DNA from: a bacterium
GTDB taxonomy: Bacteria > Synergistota > GBS-1
Length of the DNA stretch: 64,000 nt
Direction of reading: 5' to 3'
NCBI GenBank assembly: GCA_030153785.1
Contig: JASKLF010000004.1
Coordinates: 91,797-155,796, forward strand
Notes under the pieces: generated by a model
Told to the model about the DNA's origin: nothing
Database searches by the model: none
Seen by the model: the letters and a program-made list of their open reading frames with translations, nothing else
Program-made: the position numbers and the translations under genes
Shown: positions 1 to 9,807 of the stretch, one piece after another
Position numbering within the stretch: the first letter of the stretch is position 1
Layout: each line of letters starts with the position of its first letter

Positions 1-3000
1 CCTGTTACAGTTTTGATGGTTTTCTTCGGCGTGTTGATTTTAGGCCTATTTTCTCTTACCTATCTTGGAATTGATCTTTTGCCGGATATAGAACCACCTG
101 TAATAAATGTAATGACTACATGGTCTGGAGCAAGTGCGGCAGATGTAGAATCTGAAATTACAAAAGTGATGGAAGACTATCTTTCTACCATATCTGGGTT
201 GGATGAACTACAATCACGTTCTATTGATGGGCTTTCTATAGTAACCTGCGTTTTTGAATGGGGAAGAGACCTGACCGATGCTACTAATGATGTTAGGGAT
301 CAAATTGAAAGGGTCAAGAGATTTTTGCCTGACGATGCTGATGATCCCAGAATTTTAAAGTTTTCTACATCGATGGCTCCCGTTATGGTGTTAGTTTTCA
401 CCGCAGATGAAAGCTATGAGCATCTTTATCGTATAGTCGATAAGTATGTTAAAGATGCTGTAGAAAGGGTTCCTGGGGTGGGAACTGCTGATGTAATTGG
501 GGGTTTGGAGAGGCAGATAAATGTTATTTTGGATTTGACTAAACTTGAGGCTTATAGCATCCCTTTAGCTCAGGTTAAGAATGCGCTAGCGGCAGGTAAT
601 GTTACCGTTCCGGCAGGAACCATTGAAATAGGAAACAAGGAGTTGAATCTAAGATTACCCGGTAAGTACACCAGTATTGAGGACATTGCTAATACTATGG
701 TGGGTACTTACAATGGAAGTCCTATCTACTTAAAGGATATCGCTAAGGTGGAAGATGGTTTTGCTGACCAAACTGTTAAATCTTACGGTAATGGTAAAAG
801 ATCTGTCATTCTTATTGTCAGAAAGCAAACCGATGCGAATACTGTGAAGGTAGCTAATGGAATTAGGGAGAAATTACCTTACATCAAAACCCTTTTGCCT
901 AAGGATGCTGAGGTTTATATAGCCATTGATACTTCGGAATTCATTGTGCTTGCTATAAAAAGACTTGTTTTTACTCTTCTTCAAGGGCTGGGTTTAGTGA
1001 TGTTTATTACACTGCTGTTTTTAAGGAGATTGGGAGCGACTTTTACAATAGGGCTTTCCATTCCTTTCTCGCTTATAATAACTTTCATTCTGATGTTTGC
1101 AGGGAAATATACCATAAATATAATTTCCCTTTCCTCTCTTGCCATTGCCTCTGGTATGGTGGTTGATAATTCTATCGTTATTCTCGAGAACATTACCCGC
1201 TATATGGAGAGAGGAGTGAAGCCTGTTGTTGCTGCAACTATTGGTGCTGGTGAGGTAGGGTCGGCAGTTTTGGCTTCTACCTTAACCACTCTTGCAGTTT
1301 TCGTTCCCCTTATGTTCATAGCGGGATTTTCTGGAGTTATGTTTAAACAGCTTGCTTTTGTTATGTCAGGGGCTGTTTTGGCGTCCTTGTTTATATCTCT
1401 TACTCTTATTCCATCTGTTGCAGCAAGAAGGTTAAGAGAGAAGGTTAAAAAAGGCTTCTTTTACACGGCGGGCGAAAGGGTTTTATCTCTTCTTGAGAGC
1501 TTTTACAGAAAAATACTGAGCTTTGCTTTAAGAGCAAGATGGTTTGTTATAGCTGTTGCGATTATAGGCTTGGTTTTTACCGGATTTCTTTTCAGAAATA
1601 TTGGTTTAGAGTTTGTCTCAACGGCCGATATGGGAGAGGTGCGCGTGACTTTTTACTTGCCAGAAGGAACCAGTCTCAAAGTTGCAGAAGATTATATGAT
1701 GAAAGTAGTAAAGTTTGTGGAAGAGAAAATTCCCGAGAAAGTAAATTACTATAGTCGTTGTGGTTCTGGGGGTGGCAGGGTAGTCTTTGGTTCAAGGGCT
1801 GGGTCAAATGTAGTTGAAATGGGCATAAAGCTTGTTCCGAAAACCCAGAGGAAGAGGAGTGACAGGGAGATAGCGCGTCTTATAAGAGCTTATATTAGGA
1901 GTTTACCTGGTGTAGAAAGTGTTAGTGTTAGAACTTCTACCTTTTTGACTTCGATCTTGTCTGGCGCCCGTGGCGGAACTTCCCTCCAAATTGATGTGGC
2001 AGGTGATGATTTGGATGTTTTAAGAAAAGTGGCTAATCAGGTCAAAGATGTGGCTGAAACCGTGAATGGTGTGGTTGATGTTTCTATTTCTCAGGGAGAA
2101 CCGCGTCCGGAGCTTTGGATAGAGGTTGATAGAGAAAAAGCATCTTGGTTAGGTGTAAACATGAGTTTACTTGGAGATACCCTAAGGACTTACTTCGAGG
2201 GGTCTTCTCCCACAAGCTATAGTGAGGGAGGTGAAGAATACGATATTGTTCTTCGCCTTAGGGAGGATCAAAGGAACGATGTGAACTTGTTGTCTCAGTT
2301 ACCTATACCAACTTCAACTGGTAATTTGATAAAGCTTGGTAGCATAGCAAAGATAGAGAGGAGATTAGGGCCTGTTGAGATAGCGAGAAAAGAGAGAATG
2401 AGGGTTTTTACTGTTCAAGCAAGCGTGGTTGATAGGCCTTTGAGCGAAGTCGAAAGGGAACTTAAGCAAAAGCTATCTAATATTACTCTTCCTACTGGGG
2501 TAAACATATTTTTTAGAGGCGATATAGAGCAAATGAAGGAGAGCTATGCAGAGTTGCTAAAAGTGCTACTTCTTGGTATTATGTTAGTGTACATGGTCAT
2601 GGCGTCTCAGTTTGAAGCATTTCTGGATCCTTTTGTAATTATGTTTTCTGTTCCCTTCGCTTTTACAGGGGTAGCACTTGGATTATACCTTTTTAAACAA
2701 CCGCTGAGTACTCACGCCTTTTTAGGGATAATAATGCTTGTGGGAATAGTAGTTAACAATGCTATAGTTCTTGTAGATTATATTAATCTTTTGCGTGCAA
2801 GAGGGTATAAGTTATTCGACGCTGTTTTAGAAACTGGTGTTAGAAGGCTTAGACCTGTTTTAATGACAACTTTAACTACTGTTGGAGGAATGACGCCGAT
2901 GCTTCTCTCAAAGGGAGAAGGAGCGGAGATATGGAAACCTTTAGCAGCAGTTATAATAGCGGGTTTAAGCTTTTCTACATTGGTTACTTTGGTATTTGTT

Positions 3001-3126
3001 CCTGTGGTTTATACTGTAGTAGAGCAGTATCTTAGACGAAAGAAGAGGTTTGTGGAAAGTGGAGAATGGGAAGTTTTGGAGAGGGCTGTGGGGAAAACTC
3101 AGGAGGTTTTATCTCGTTCACTTTAG
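1..3126 (+). CDS. AcrB/AcrD/AcrF-family RND efflux transporter, 5' end cut by window edge
   Basis: Frame open from base 1 (PVTVLMVFF...). RND motifs GMVVDNSIVILENI, GIVVNNAIVLVD and RLRPVLMTTLTT. Confidence 0.95.
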   Translation, partial: PVTVLMVFFGVLILGLFSLTYLGIDLLPDIEPPVINVMTTWSGASAADVESEITKVMEDYLSTISGLDELQSRSIDGLSIVTCVFEWGRDLTDATNDVRDQIERVKRFLPDDADDPRILKFSTSMAPVMVLVFTADESYEHLYRIVDKYVKDAVERVPGVGTADVIGGLERQINVILDLTKLEAYSIPLAQVKNALAAGNVTVPAGTIEIGNKELNLRLPGKYTSIEDIANTMVGTYNGSPIYLKDIAKVEDGFADQTVKSYGNGKRSVILIVRKQTDANTVKVANGIREKLPYIKTLLPKDAEVYIAIDTSEFIVLAIKRLVFTLLQGLGLVMFITLLFLRRLGATFTIGLSIPFSLIITFILMFAGKYTINIISLSSLAIASGMVVDNSIVILENITRYMERGVKPVVAATIGAGEVGSAVLASTLTTLAVFVPLMFIAGFSGVMFKQLAFVMSGAVLASLFISLTLIPSVAARRLREKVKKGFFYTAGERVLSLLESFYRKILSFALRARWFVIAVAIIGLVFTGFLFRNIGLEFVSTADMGEVRVTFYLPEGTSLKVAEDYMMKVVKFVEEKIPEKVNYYSRCGSGGGRVVFGSRAGSNVVEMGIKLVPKTQRKRSDREIARLIRAYIRSLPGVESVSVRTSTFLTSILSGARGGTSLQIDVAGDDLDVLRKVANQVKDVAETVNGVVDVSISQGEPRPELWIEVDREKASWLGVNMSLLGDTLRTYFEGSSPTSYSEGGEEYDIVLRLREDQRNDVNLLSQLPIPTSTGNLIKLGSIAKIERRLGPVEIARKERMRVFTVQASVVDRPLSEVERELKQKLSNITLPTGVNIFFRGDIEQMKESYAELLKVLLLGIMLVYMVMASQFEAFLDPFVIMFSVPFAFTGVALGLYLFKQPLSTHAFLGIIMLVGIVVNNAIVLVDYINLLRARGYKLFDAVLETGVRRLRPVLMTTLTTVGGMTPMLLSKGEGAEIWKPLAAVIIAGLSFSTLVTLVFVPVVYTVVEQYLRRKKRFVESGEWEVLERAVGKTQEVLSRSL

Positions 3127-3346
3127 GTTACAGTATGTTCAAGAACAATTAAAGAAAAGAAGAGGTCATTGTCTTCAATGTGGGAAGTGTTGTCGCTTTG
3201 CTGTAAAGTGTCCGCATCTTACAGAAGACAATAAGTGCGATATCTATAATCTTAAACGCCCAAAGCAGTGTGTTTATTTTCCCATTGATGAAAAAGACCT
3301 TGCGGATGTAAATTTTGAGTGTGGCTATTATTTTGTAGAAGATTAG
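3050..3346 (+). CDS. small CxxCxxCC (YkgJ-like) cysteine-cluster protein
   Basis: CLQCGKCC...CPHL...CDIY...RPKQC..FP pattern. Start is TTG 3050 or GTG 3059, overlapping the RND 3' end. Confidence 0.8.
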   Translation: MWKVENGKFWRGLWGKLRRFYLVHFRLQYVQEQLKKRRGHCLQCGKCCRFAVKCPHLTEDNKCDIYNLKRPKQCVYFPIDEKDLADVNFECGYYFVED

Positions 3347-4002
3347 CTTAGTATCATGGTAGTTCCTATAGCTATAAAGCTTATACCAGATGCTATTCTA
3401 ATTAGCTTTGAGTATGAGGATAACTTGCTAAAGAAGCTGAAAGCTCTGTGGAGGACTAGGCCTGTAATAAGAAAGGGTATGCAGAAGCCTAAGGCATATG
3501 CCAAAAGTAAAATTGCTCCTGATATGGGGTTTTCGGTAGAAGCAGCGTAAAGAAGTATGGTGGCAAGAATGGGGCCTATACAGGGAGACCAGCCAAGGCC
3601 GAAGGCGAATCCCAAAGTAAAAGAGCCAATAAGTGGCAATTTCTTTTTACTAATTTTTGTGCCACTTTTAAACCCTAGTGATAATATATACTTGTCTATA
3701 ATGAACTGGATGCCAAGTAATATAGCTAAGGACCCGCCTGCGATTCTTATAAGACTCTTGTATTTTATGATTTGTTTTCCGATACTTCCTGCGCCGAACC
3801 CGAGAATCAGAAATATTAGTGAGATCCCAAAGAGAAAAGAAAGAATTTCCAGGAGTGCAAAGAAGGTTTTTCTTTTGTTGATTTCATCTATGCTTAAACC
3901 TGCGATAAAGGCTAAGTAGGGGGGAATTAACGGAAAAATACAAGGAGTGAAAAATGTTATCACTCCCGCGGTGAAAGCTATGGATAGGCTAACTTCTTCC
4001 AT
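3343..4002 (-). CDS. ccdA: CcdA/DsbD-type cytochrome c biogenesis membrane protein
   Basis: FFTPCIFPLIPPYL and GWSPCIGPIL motifs, about 6 TM segments. Confidence 0.92.
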   Translation of the reverse strand: MEEVSLSIAFTAGVITFFTPCIFPLIPPYLAFIAGLSIDEINKRKTFFALLEILSFLFGISLIFLILGFGAGSIGKQIIKYKSLIRIAGGSLAILLGIQFIIDKYILSLGFKSGTKISKKKLPLIGSFTLGFAFGLGWSPCIGPILATILLYAASTENPISGAILLLAYALGFCIPFLITGLVLHRAFSFFSKLSSYSKLIRIASGISFIAIGTTMILS

Positions 4003-4043
4003 GTTTTTCCCTCCTCAAGAATATTAGGATGGGGGTGTAAATC

Positions 4044-4532
4044 TTGAAAAAGAGATTTTTAAGTTTCTTGTGGACACTTCTTTTTGTTGCTTTGACTTTT
4101 AATTCTTTGGCCTTTGCTGAAGATTTAAAATTACCTTCGCTTTTTGAACCGGAGAAAAGCTTTTCTTTCACAGATTTCAAGGGGAAGGTGGTTCTCCTCA
4201 ATTTTTGGACTATTAGGTGTCCGTATTGTAGAATGGAGTTGCCCGTTCTGAATAAGGCCCAGGATGCCTTTTCAGAAGATGTTAGAGTTATTTCCGTTTT
4301 ATTTGCGAGAGGTAACGATATAGAGGAGGCCAAAGATTGGATACGTAGAAACAAGCTTGATAGCATACTTTTTCTGTTAGATGCCGAAGGAAAACTTTTC
4401 GAGGAATTTGGAGTTATGGGCGTTCCGTATACCGTGTTTTTTGATAAGGAAGGTAAAAAGGTAACCCAGCTTAGTGGTGCTTTTCCAGAGAGCATCATAT
4501 TTTCTCTAATCCAAAAGATTTTAGGTAAGTGA
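4044..4532 (+). CDS. TlpA/ResA-like exported thiol-disulfide oxidoreductase
   Basis: Signal peptide, GKVVLLNFWTIRCPYC, and GVPYTVFFDKEG. Confidence 0.9.
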   Translation: MKKRFLSFLWTLLFVALTFNSLAFAEDLKLPSLFEPEKSFSFTDFKGKVVLLNFWTIRCPYCRMELPVLNKAQDAFSEDVRVISVLFARGNDIEEAKDWIRRNKLDSILFLLDAEGKLFEEFGVMGVPYTVFFDKEGKKVTQLSGAFPESIIFSLIQKILGK

Positions 4533-5304
4533 TATCCTTTACATGGATAAAGTCTATGAAGGGAAGCTTAAATATTTTCCTATAATTAAGAACGGTTAAT
4601 CTATCATCTTCCGAATCCCCTATGAACACTGCATGGTTTACTTTTAGTTCGTGAACTAGTTTAAATAGTCCTCGTGGATCAGGTTTCTTATACTCTTCCG
4701 CTGTTACTATGAATCGTCTCTTTAACCTTAAATTAAGCAAAAATAGTGCATTCCGCGTTTCTGGCCACGTTCTACCAGTGTATATCCCTATTTTAAAGGT
4801 TTTCGTTGCTTTAGAAATGTCAAACAATGGACGTTCCCTCTGCCAGTATCCTTCTTTATTCCAGACAGAAGGTTTAAATCCATATAGTTTTTCACATTCT
4901 CTTCCCCCATATATTTCCATACAAATTTTTCTGATGAAACTTTTGTTTTCTAAGGTAATGCCCGTTTTCTTTTCCAGATCGCTCAAACCTTGAGGTTTTA
5001 GTTTTATCAATGTTTCGATGGGGTCCGCTCCCTTTCCTTGGAGGTACTTTTGGAGCAGAATAATGGCGATGGAAACATCCCAATCGTCGTTAAATCCTGG
5101 AAAGGTCTTAAGCTTTTCTATTAAGATAAGATTTCCATCAAAAGGTGGGGAGGTTCTTTCACAAACCTCCCACCATATTTTAGAGGCTTCGATAGCTGTG
5201 GCATAAAAGGAACTTTTGACATCGAGTAAAGTTCCGTCTATATCAAATATCAGAGCTTTCGGTAGAGTTTTCCTCAGGCTTGCCACCCTTTTTAAGTCTT
5301 TCAA
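4495..5304 (-). CDS. HAD-superfamily hydrolase, candidate histidinol-phosphate phosphatase
   Basis: [19 protein letters not shown] and IGDSEDD motifs. Last gene of the hisIE-hisR unit; start uncertain. Confidence 0.8.
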   Translation of the reverse strand: MKDLKRVASLRKTLPKALIFDIDGTLLDVKSSFYATAIEASKIWWEVCERTSPPFDGNLILIEKLKTFPGFNDDWDVSIAIILLQKYLQGKGADPIETLIKLKPQGLSDLEKKTGITLENKSFIRKICMEIYGGRECEKLYGFKPSVWNKEGYWQRERPLFDISKATKTFKIGIYTGRTWPETRNALFLLNLRLKRRFIVTAEEYKKPDPRGLFKLVHELKVNHAVFIGDSEDDRLTVLNYRKIFKLPFIDFIHVKDITYLKSFGLEKI

Positions 5305-5635
5305 TTACGAGTGCGTACCCCCCTGCTCCATATTCGAGTGCTCTTTTAACCCTGCTTATGGTTGCAGAGCTTGCTCCTGTTTTTTCTGCAACCTTCGCAT
5401 AAGTATAGCCTTCTGCAAGTAATTTTGCAACTTCGAGCCTTTGAGCTAAAGCTTTTATTTCAGCGATGGTGGCTATACCCTCTAAAAAGGCGTAACATTC
5501 TTCTATCGTTTTAAGGCTAAGGAACGCTTCACAAAGTTGATCGGTGAACTCGTTCCGCCATTTTTCCCAATTACCCTTAAGAGTCTTCCTTTTGCGACCT
5601 TTTCCTTCTTTTCGCGAGTTCCTTCCAGACCTCAT
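5243..5635 (-). CDS. YerC/YecD TrpR-family repressor (HisR)
   Basis: [34 protein letters not shown] 5635 has AAGGAGGTG 7 nt upstream, inside hisIE. Confidence 0.9.
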   Translation of the reverse strand: MRSGRNSRKEGKGRKRKTLKGNWEKWRNEFTDQLCEAFLSLKTIEECYAFLEGIATIAEIKALAQRLEVAKLLAEGYTYAKVAEKTGASSATISRVKRALEYGAGGYALVIERLKKGGKPEENSTESSDI

Positions 5636-6212
5636 CCAATTTCACCTCCTTGAAAGCTAAAACTACAAGTAAATGATACAATAAATCTGCACTTTCTGCA
5701 ATAAGTTCTATTTTATTTTTATTTTTAAAAGCCAAAATTACTTCTACAGATTCTTCTCCCACTTTTCTTATTACAGCATCTTCTCCTTTCTTCACTAAGG
5801 AAGCAGTATATGAGTCTTCCGGTAAATTTCTGATTCTCTCTTCTATGGTTGAAAAAAGTTCTTCAAGAATTTCTGAAGATATGGTGTGTGTTTCCTCTTC
5901 AGATTGATAGATACTTCTATAAAAGCATGTGTAATTGCCTGTATGGCAAGCAACACCCTTTTGTTCTACCTCTATAAGTAAGGTATCCTCGTCACAATCA
6001 TACTTTATACTTATTACCTTTTGCGTGTTTCCCGATGTTTCCCCTTTTTTCCAAATTTTTTTTCTTGATCTGCTCCAATAGTGAACATAGCCTGTCTCCA
6101 GGGTTTTTTCTAAGGCTTCTCTGTTCATGTAGGCCAGCATCAAGACCTTTTTTGTTTTATAATCTTGGGTGATTACGGGGATTAACCCTTTTTCATCAAA
6201 TTTGAGATTCAT
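5577..6212 (-). CDS. hisIE: bifunctional phosphoribosyl-AMP cyclohydrolase / phosphoribosyl-ATP pyrophosphatase
   Basis: [34 protein letters not shown] and SADLLYH motifs. Confidence 0.97.
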   Translation of the reverse strand: MNLKFDEKGLIPVITQDYKTKKVLMLAYMNREALEKTLETGYVHYWSRSRKKIWKKGETSGNTQKVISIKYDCDEDTLLIEVEQKGVACHTGNYTCFYRSIYQSEEETHTISSEILEELFSTIEERIRNLPEDSYTASLVKKGEDAVIRKVGEESVEVILAFKNKNKIELIAESADLLYHLLVVLAFKEVKLDEVWKELAKRRKRSQKEDS

Positions 6213-6237
6213 TACAGCGTCCCTCCTTTCTTAATAC

Positions 6238-6265
6238 ATTTTATCACCTGTTTATCTTATTTCAA
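6238..6265 (-). promoter_or_regulatory. putative sigma70 promoter of hisIE-hisR-HAD
   Basis: Minus strand TTGAAA-16 nt-TAAAAT with TG extension, ahead of SD AAGGAGG. Confidence 0.55.
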
Positions 6266-6284
6266 GAAAAGGAGGCGAAATGCG

Positions 6285-7190
6285 ATGAGATTGGCTATTG
6301 GTTTAGACATAGGTGGGACTTTCATGAAGGGTGGGGTCGTTTCTGAAAGAGGGGATGTTTTAGATTTTATGAAAGTTAGAACTCCCGAGGGAAGAAAGGT
6401 CGAAGATGTCCTTGATGTTATTTCTGAGATAGTGAGGAAATTTCAGGGAAAGTACGAAATTTCCTCCATTGGTGTGGCCTCCCCGGGTTCCGTTACGAAG
6501 GATGGGGTCGTTTTGTTTTCTCCCAATTTTCCTTTGTGGAAGGATGTTCCTTTGAAGGACTTTATGCAAGCCCGGTTCTCTCTACCTGTTGTGGTAGATA
6601 ATGACGCTAACGCTTATGCCTTTGGTGAATATGAAATTGGAGTGGCTAAAGGTGTGGGAAATTTTATCCTTTTAACTCTCGGCACGGGGGTAGGGGGTGC
6701 TGTTTTTTGTGAAGGCAGGCTTTTCAAAGGTTCTATCGGAATAGGAGGGGAGCTTGGGCACATAATAGTCGGTAGCAGTGGTCCAACCTGTGGTTGTGGG
6801 AATATAGGTTGTTTGGAAACCTATTCTTCCCTGAGAGGCATACAAGAGTTCGCAGCGAGGGAGAATCTTAACGAAGAACAAAGTAAGCCTATGGTTTTGT
6901 TAAATCTTGCCACCAGAGGAGATTTACGGGCTAAAAAAATAATAAACATCTTTAAAGATTATTTAATTAAGGCTCTAATAAGTTACATCCACATATTTAA
7001 TCCTCAGCTTGTAGTTTTGGGAGGGGGACTTTCACGAGATTATAAGGTTATATTGAGCGACCTAACAGAGATAGTTAACGAACGCGTTATGCCCAGTTTT
7101 AAAGGGACTTTCAAGGTGGTTTTTTCTTCTCTTTCGGATGAAGCTGGAGTTGTAGGAATAGCTCTTATGGCTCTCAAAGACGGACATTGA
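6285..7190 (+). CDS. ROK-family sugar kinase (glucokinase-like)
   Basis: [21 protein letters not shown] and GELGH...[10 protein letters not shown] motifs; no HTH. Confidence 0.92.
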   Translation: MRLAIGLDIGGTFMKGGVVSERGDVLDFMKVRTPEGRKVEDVLDVISEIVRKFQGKYEISSIGVASPGSVTKDGVVLFSPNFPLWKDVPLKDFMQARFSLPVVVDNDANAYAFGEYEIGVAKGVGNFILLTLGTGVGGAVFCEGRLFKGSIGIGGELGHIIVGSSGPTCGCGNIGCLETYSSLRGIQEFAARENLNEEQSKPMVLLNLATRGDLRAKKIINIFKDYLIKALISYIHIFNPQLVVLGGGLSRDYKVILSDLTEIVNERVMPSFKGTFKVVFSSLSDEAGVVGIALMALKDGH

Positions 7191-7938
7191 TGCCTTTTTC
7201 CTTTAAGAATATCTTTAAGTCTTTTATCCTTATTTTGCCATAATGGAAAAGTGTAGCTGCCAATGCTGCACTTGCTTTGGCTTCTGAAAAAACAGCTAAA
7301 AAGTCTTCCAACTTTCCTGCGCCGCCTGAAGCAATTACTGGAATCCTGACATTCGTAGCAATAGCTTTGGTGAGTTCTATATCGTATCCATCCTCTGTGC
7401 CATCTCTATCCATACTTGTTAGTAATATTTCGCCTGCGCCTAAGCTTTCTACTGTTTTTGCCCATTCTACAGCATCTATTCCCGTGGGTTGGGTTCCACT
7501 TTTTATAAAAACTTCCCAGGAGCTTTTTGTTTTTCCCGTTTTCTTTGCATCTATAGCTACCACTATACATTGTCTTCCAAACATGTTTGCTGATTCCCTT
7601 ATTATTTCTGGATTTCTGACAGCTGCAGTGTTAATGGAAACCTTATCGGCTCCGGCTAGTAATGCACTACGAATGTCGTTTATATCTCTTATGCCGCCTC
7701 CGACTGTCAGGGGTATAAAGAGTTTTTCCGAGACCCTTTCTATAACTCTTAGCATCGTATCTCTATTTTCTAGCGAGGCTGTTATGTCAAGGAATACAAG
7801 TTCATCTGCTCCTTCTTCATTGTAAACTTTTGCTAATTCTACAGGGTCACCTGCATCCCTAAGATTTAGGAAATTTATTCCCTTTACTACTCTACCTTCT
7901 TTGACATCCAAACAAGGAATTATCCTTTTAGCAAGCAC
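7174..7938 (-). CDS. hisF: imidazole glycerol phosphate synthase, cyclase subunit
   Basis: [28 protein letters not shown] and [12 protein letters not shown] motifs. Confidence 0.98.
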   Translation of the reverse strand: MLAKRIIPCLDVKEGRVVKGINFLNLRDAGDPVELAKVYNEEGADELVFLDITASLENRDTMLRVIERVSEKLFIPLTVGGGIRDINDIRSALLAGADKVSINTAAVRNPEIIRESANMFGRQCIVVAIDAKKTGKTKSSWEVFIKSGTQPTGIDAVEWAKTVESLGAGEILLTSMDRDGTEDGYDIELTKAIATNVRIPVIASGGAGKLEDFLAVFSEAKASAALAATLFHYGKIRIKDLKIFLKEKGINVRL

Positions 7939-8626
7939 CTTTAATCACCTCTAAAGGTATAGTCCCTTCATAAAAAGCTCTTCCAATTATTATGCCATAT
8001 GCTCCGGCTCTTTTGGCCTTTTCTATATCCTCTAAAGAGGAAACTCCACCTGCGAATACTATCTTCGCTACCCCATTTTTTGTAAACTTTTCAATTAAAC
8101 TTGTGTCTAAGCCCTCCAGGGTTCCATCTTTGTGTGTAAAGGTTATGATGAAATTCTCAAACCCCTCGCTTATCGCTTCTTCTAAAAGTTCCGTTCCTCT
8201 TATATTTTCTTTTCGTTGCCAACCGTAGGTTTTTAAAAAACCCTGTTCGTCAATGTCTATGGACACTATTATTCTTTTTTTCTGTTTCTTTAGGTTTTCT
8301 TTTTCTCTTAGAAAAAGTGTGGTAATTATAAAGTAGTCTATATCGGTAGATAGAAGTTTTTCTAAAGTTTCAAGGGATCTTATTCCGCCTCCGAATTCTA
8401 CTTCTAAATCTGTTTTTCTTTTAATGTTAAGCGCAATATCAAGATTGACCGGTGCCCCTTGCTGGGCTCCATCTAAGTCTATGATATGAAGCCTCTTTGC
8501 TCCTGCCTTTTTAAATTTCAAAGCCATTTCCATGGGATCTTTTTTAAAGAGTTCTTTCTCAAAGGCTCCTTTGTATAGTCTCACACTTTTTCCACCTTTT
8601 AGGTCTATAGCAGGTATTATCAGCAT
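7928..8626 (-). CDS. hisA: ProFAR isomerase
   Basis: [30 protein letters not shown] and DGTLEG motifs. Confidence 0.95.
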   Translation of the reverse strand: MLIIPAIDLKGGKSVRLYKGAFEKELFKKDPMEMALKFKKAGAKRLHIIDLDGAQQGAPVNLDIALNIKRKTDLEVEFGGGIRSLETLEKLLSTDIDYFIITTLFLREKENLKKQKKRIIVSIDIDEQGFLKTYGWQRKENIRGTELLEEAISEGFENFIITFTHKDGTLEGLDTSLIEKFTKNGVAKIVFAGGVSSLEDIEKAKRAGAYGIIIGRAFYEGTIPLEVIKGAC

Positions 8627-9234
8627 CTTTCTTCTAACCTCTTTAGTGAAATATCTAAAAGTTTCAGTCCTCTTTCTCCAGACTTTTCCGGATGGAATTG
8701 AAACCCTAACAAGTTACCTTTGCCAACTATGGAAGGGAAGATTATTCCATAAGAAGTTTCTCCTATCGTTACTTTTTCTTCTGGTATTGCGTAGTAGGAG
8801 TGGGCGAAGTAAAAATATTGAGGAAACGGGAAGTCGGATAAAATATTTTCGCTTTCCGATACGATTTTCACTTCGTTCCATCCCATATGAGGGATAGGTA
8901 GCCCCATGTCTGGGAATCTTTTTATTCTTCCTCTTATTAGCTTTAATCCCTCATGTAGTCCTTCTTCTTCGCTGACGTCAAAGAGAAGCTGCATTCCCAA
9001 GCATATTCCAAGCATGGGATTACCCTTTTCTACCCACCTTTGAATTTCTTCTATCCACTTTAATTTTTCAAGGTTTCCGATGGCACTGCCAAAAGCTCCT
9101 ACTCCAGGCAATATAAGAACCGATATCTTTTGGAGATCAGGAGCATTTAGGATTTTAAACTCTTTCCCTAAAAGTTTTAAAGCGTTTACAAGGCTTTTTA
9201 AGTTTCCCGCTCCGTAATCTATTATTCCTAACAA
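8620..9234 (-). CDS. hisH: imidazole glycerol phosphate synthase, glutaminase subunit
   Basis: IDYGAGNL, LPGVGAF, GICLGMQ and QFHPEKSG motifs; TTG start. Confidence 0.97.
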   Translation of the reverse strand: MLGIIDYGAGNLKSLVNALKLLGKEFKILNAPDLQKISVLILPGVGAFGSAIGNLEKLKWIEEIQRWVEKGNPMLGICLGMQLLFDVSEEEGLHEGLKLIRGRIKRFPDMGLPIPHMGWNEVKIVSESENILSDFPFPQYFYFAHSYYAIPEEKVTIGETSYGIIFPSIVGKGNLLGFQFHPEKSGERGLKLLDISLKRLEERC

Positions 9235-9237
9235 GGG

Positions 9238-9807
9238 TTACATCACTCCTTTAGTAGAGGGTACTCCTTTTTCTTCCTCCAGTGCCATTTTAAGAGCCTT
9301 TCCGACTCCTTTAAAGATTGCTTCAATTATGTGGTGAGCATTCTTACCCCTTCTTTTTACTATGTGAAGCGTTATAAAGGCGTGGCTGGTGAATGCCTTC
9401 CAAAATTCTTCTATTAAAGATGTTTCTAATTTTCCCACGTAGCTTTCATTGAGCTCCACATCAAATACGAGGAAAGCCCTTTCTGCTAAATCTAATGCTA
9501 TTTCTACAAGTGCATCGTCCATTGGCATTAAAAAGAAGCCAAAACGTTTTATATTTTCCCTTTTATCCAAAGCTCTTTTAAAAGCTTCCCCTAAAACTAT
9601 CCCTACATCTTCGACCAAGTGATGGTTATCTACGAAAGTGTCACCTTCGGCTTTTAATTCTATGTCAAAACTTCCATGTAAGGCAAAAGATTCAAGTAGG
9701 TGATTAAAAAAACCAATGGGAGTATCTATTAATGCCTTTCCTCTTCCCCGTATTTCAAGCTTTACTTCTACTTTAGTTTCTCTTGTAGCTCTTTCAAGGA
9801 TAACCAG
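9238..9807 (-). CDS. hisB: imidazoleglycerol-phosphate dehydratase (monofunctional), CTG start
   Basis: Frame extends 63 codons upstream of the ORF-track start (…ERATRETKV…TPIGFFNHLL…GDTFVDNHHLVED) and contains NAHHIIEAIFK and PSTKG. CTG 9807 has AGGAGGT 9 nt upstream. Confidence 0.93.
   Translation of the reverse strand: MVILERATRETKVEVKLEIRGRGKALIDTPIGFFNHLLESFALHGSFDIELKAEGDTFVDNHHLVEDVGIVLGEAFKRALDKRENIKRFGFFLMPMDDALVEIALDLAERAFLVFDVELNESYVGKLETSLIEEFWKAFTSHAFITLHIVKRRGKNAHHIIEAIFKGVGKALKMALEEEKGVPSTKGVM

Noticed and set aside
5560..5575. Possible frameshift at the hisR start (TTG-G-GAA-AAA-TGG)
   Set aside because: In-frame ATG 5635 has a strong SD (AAGGAGGTG, 7-nt spacing), so no frameshift is needed.
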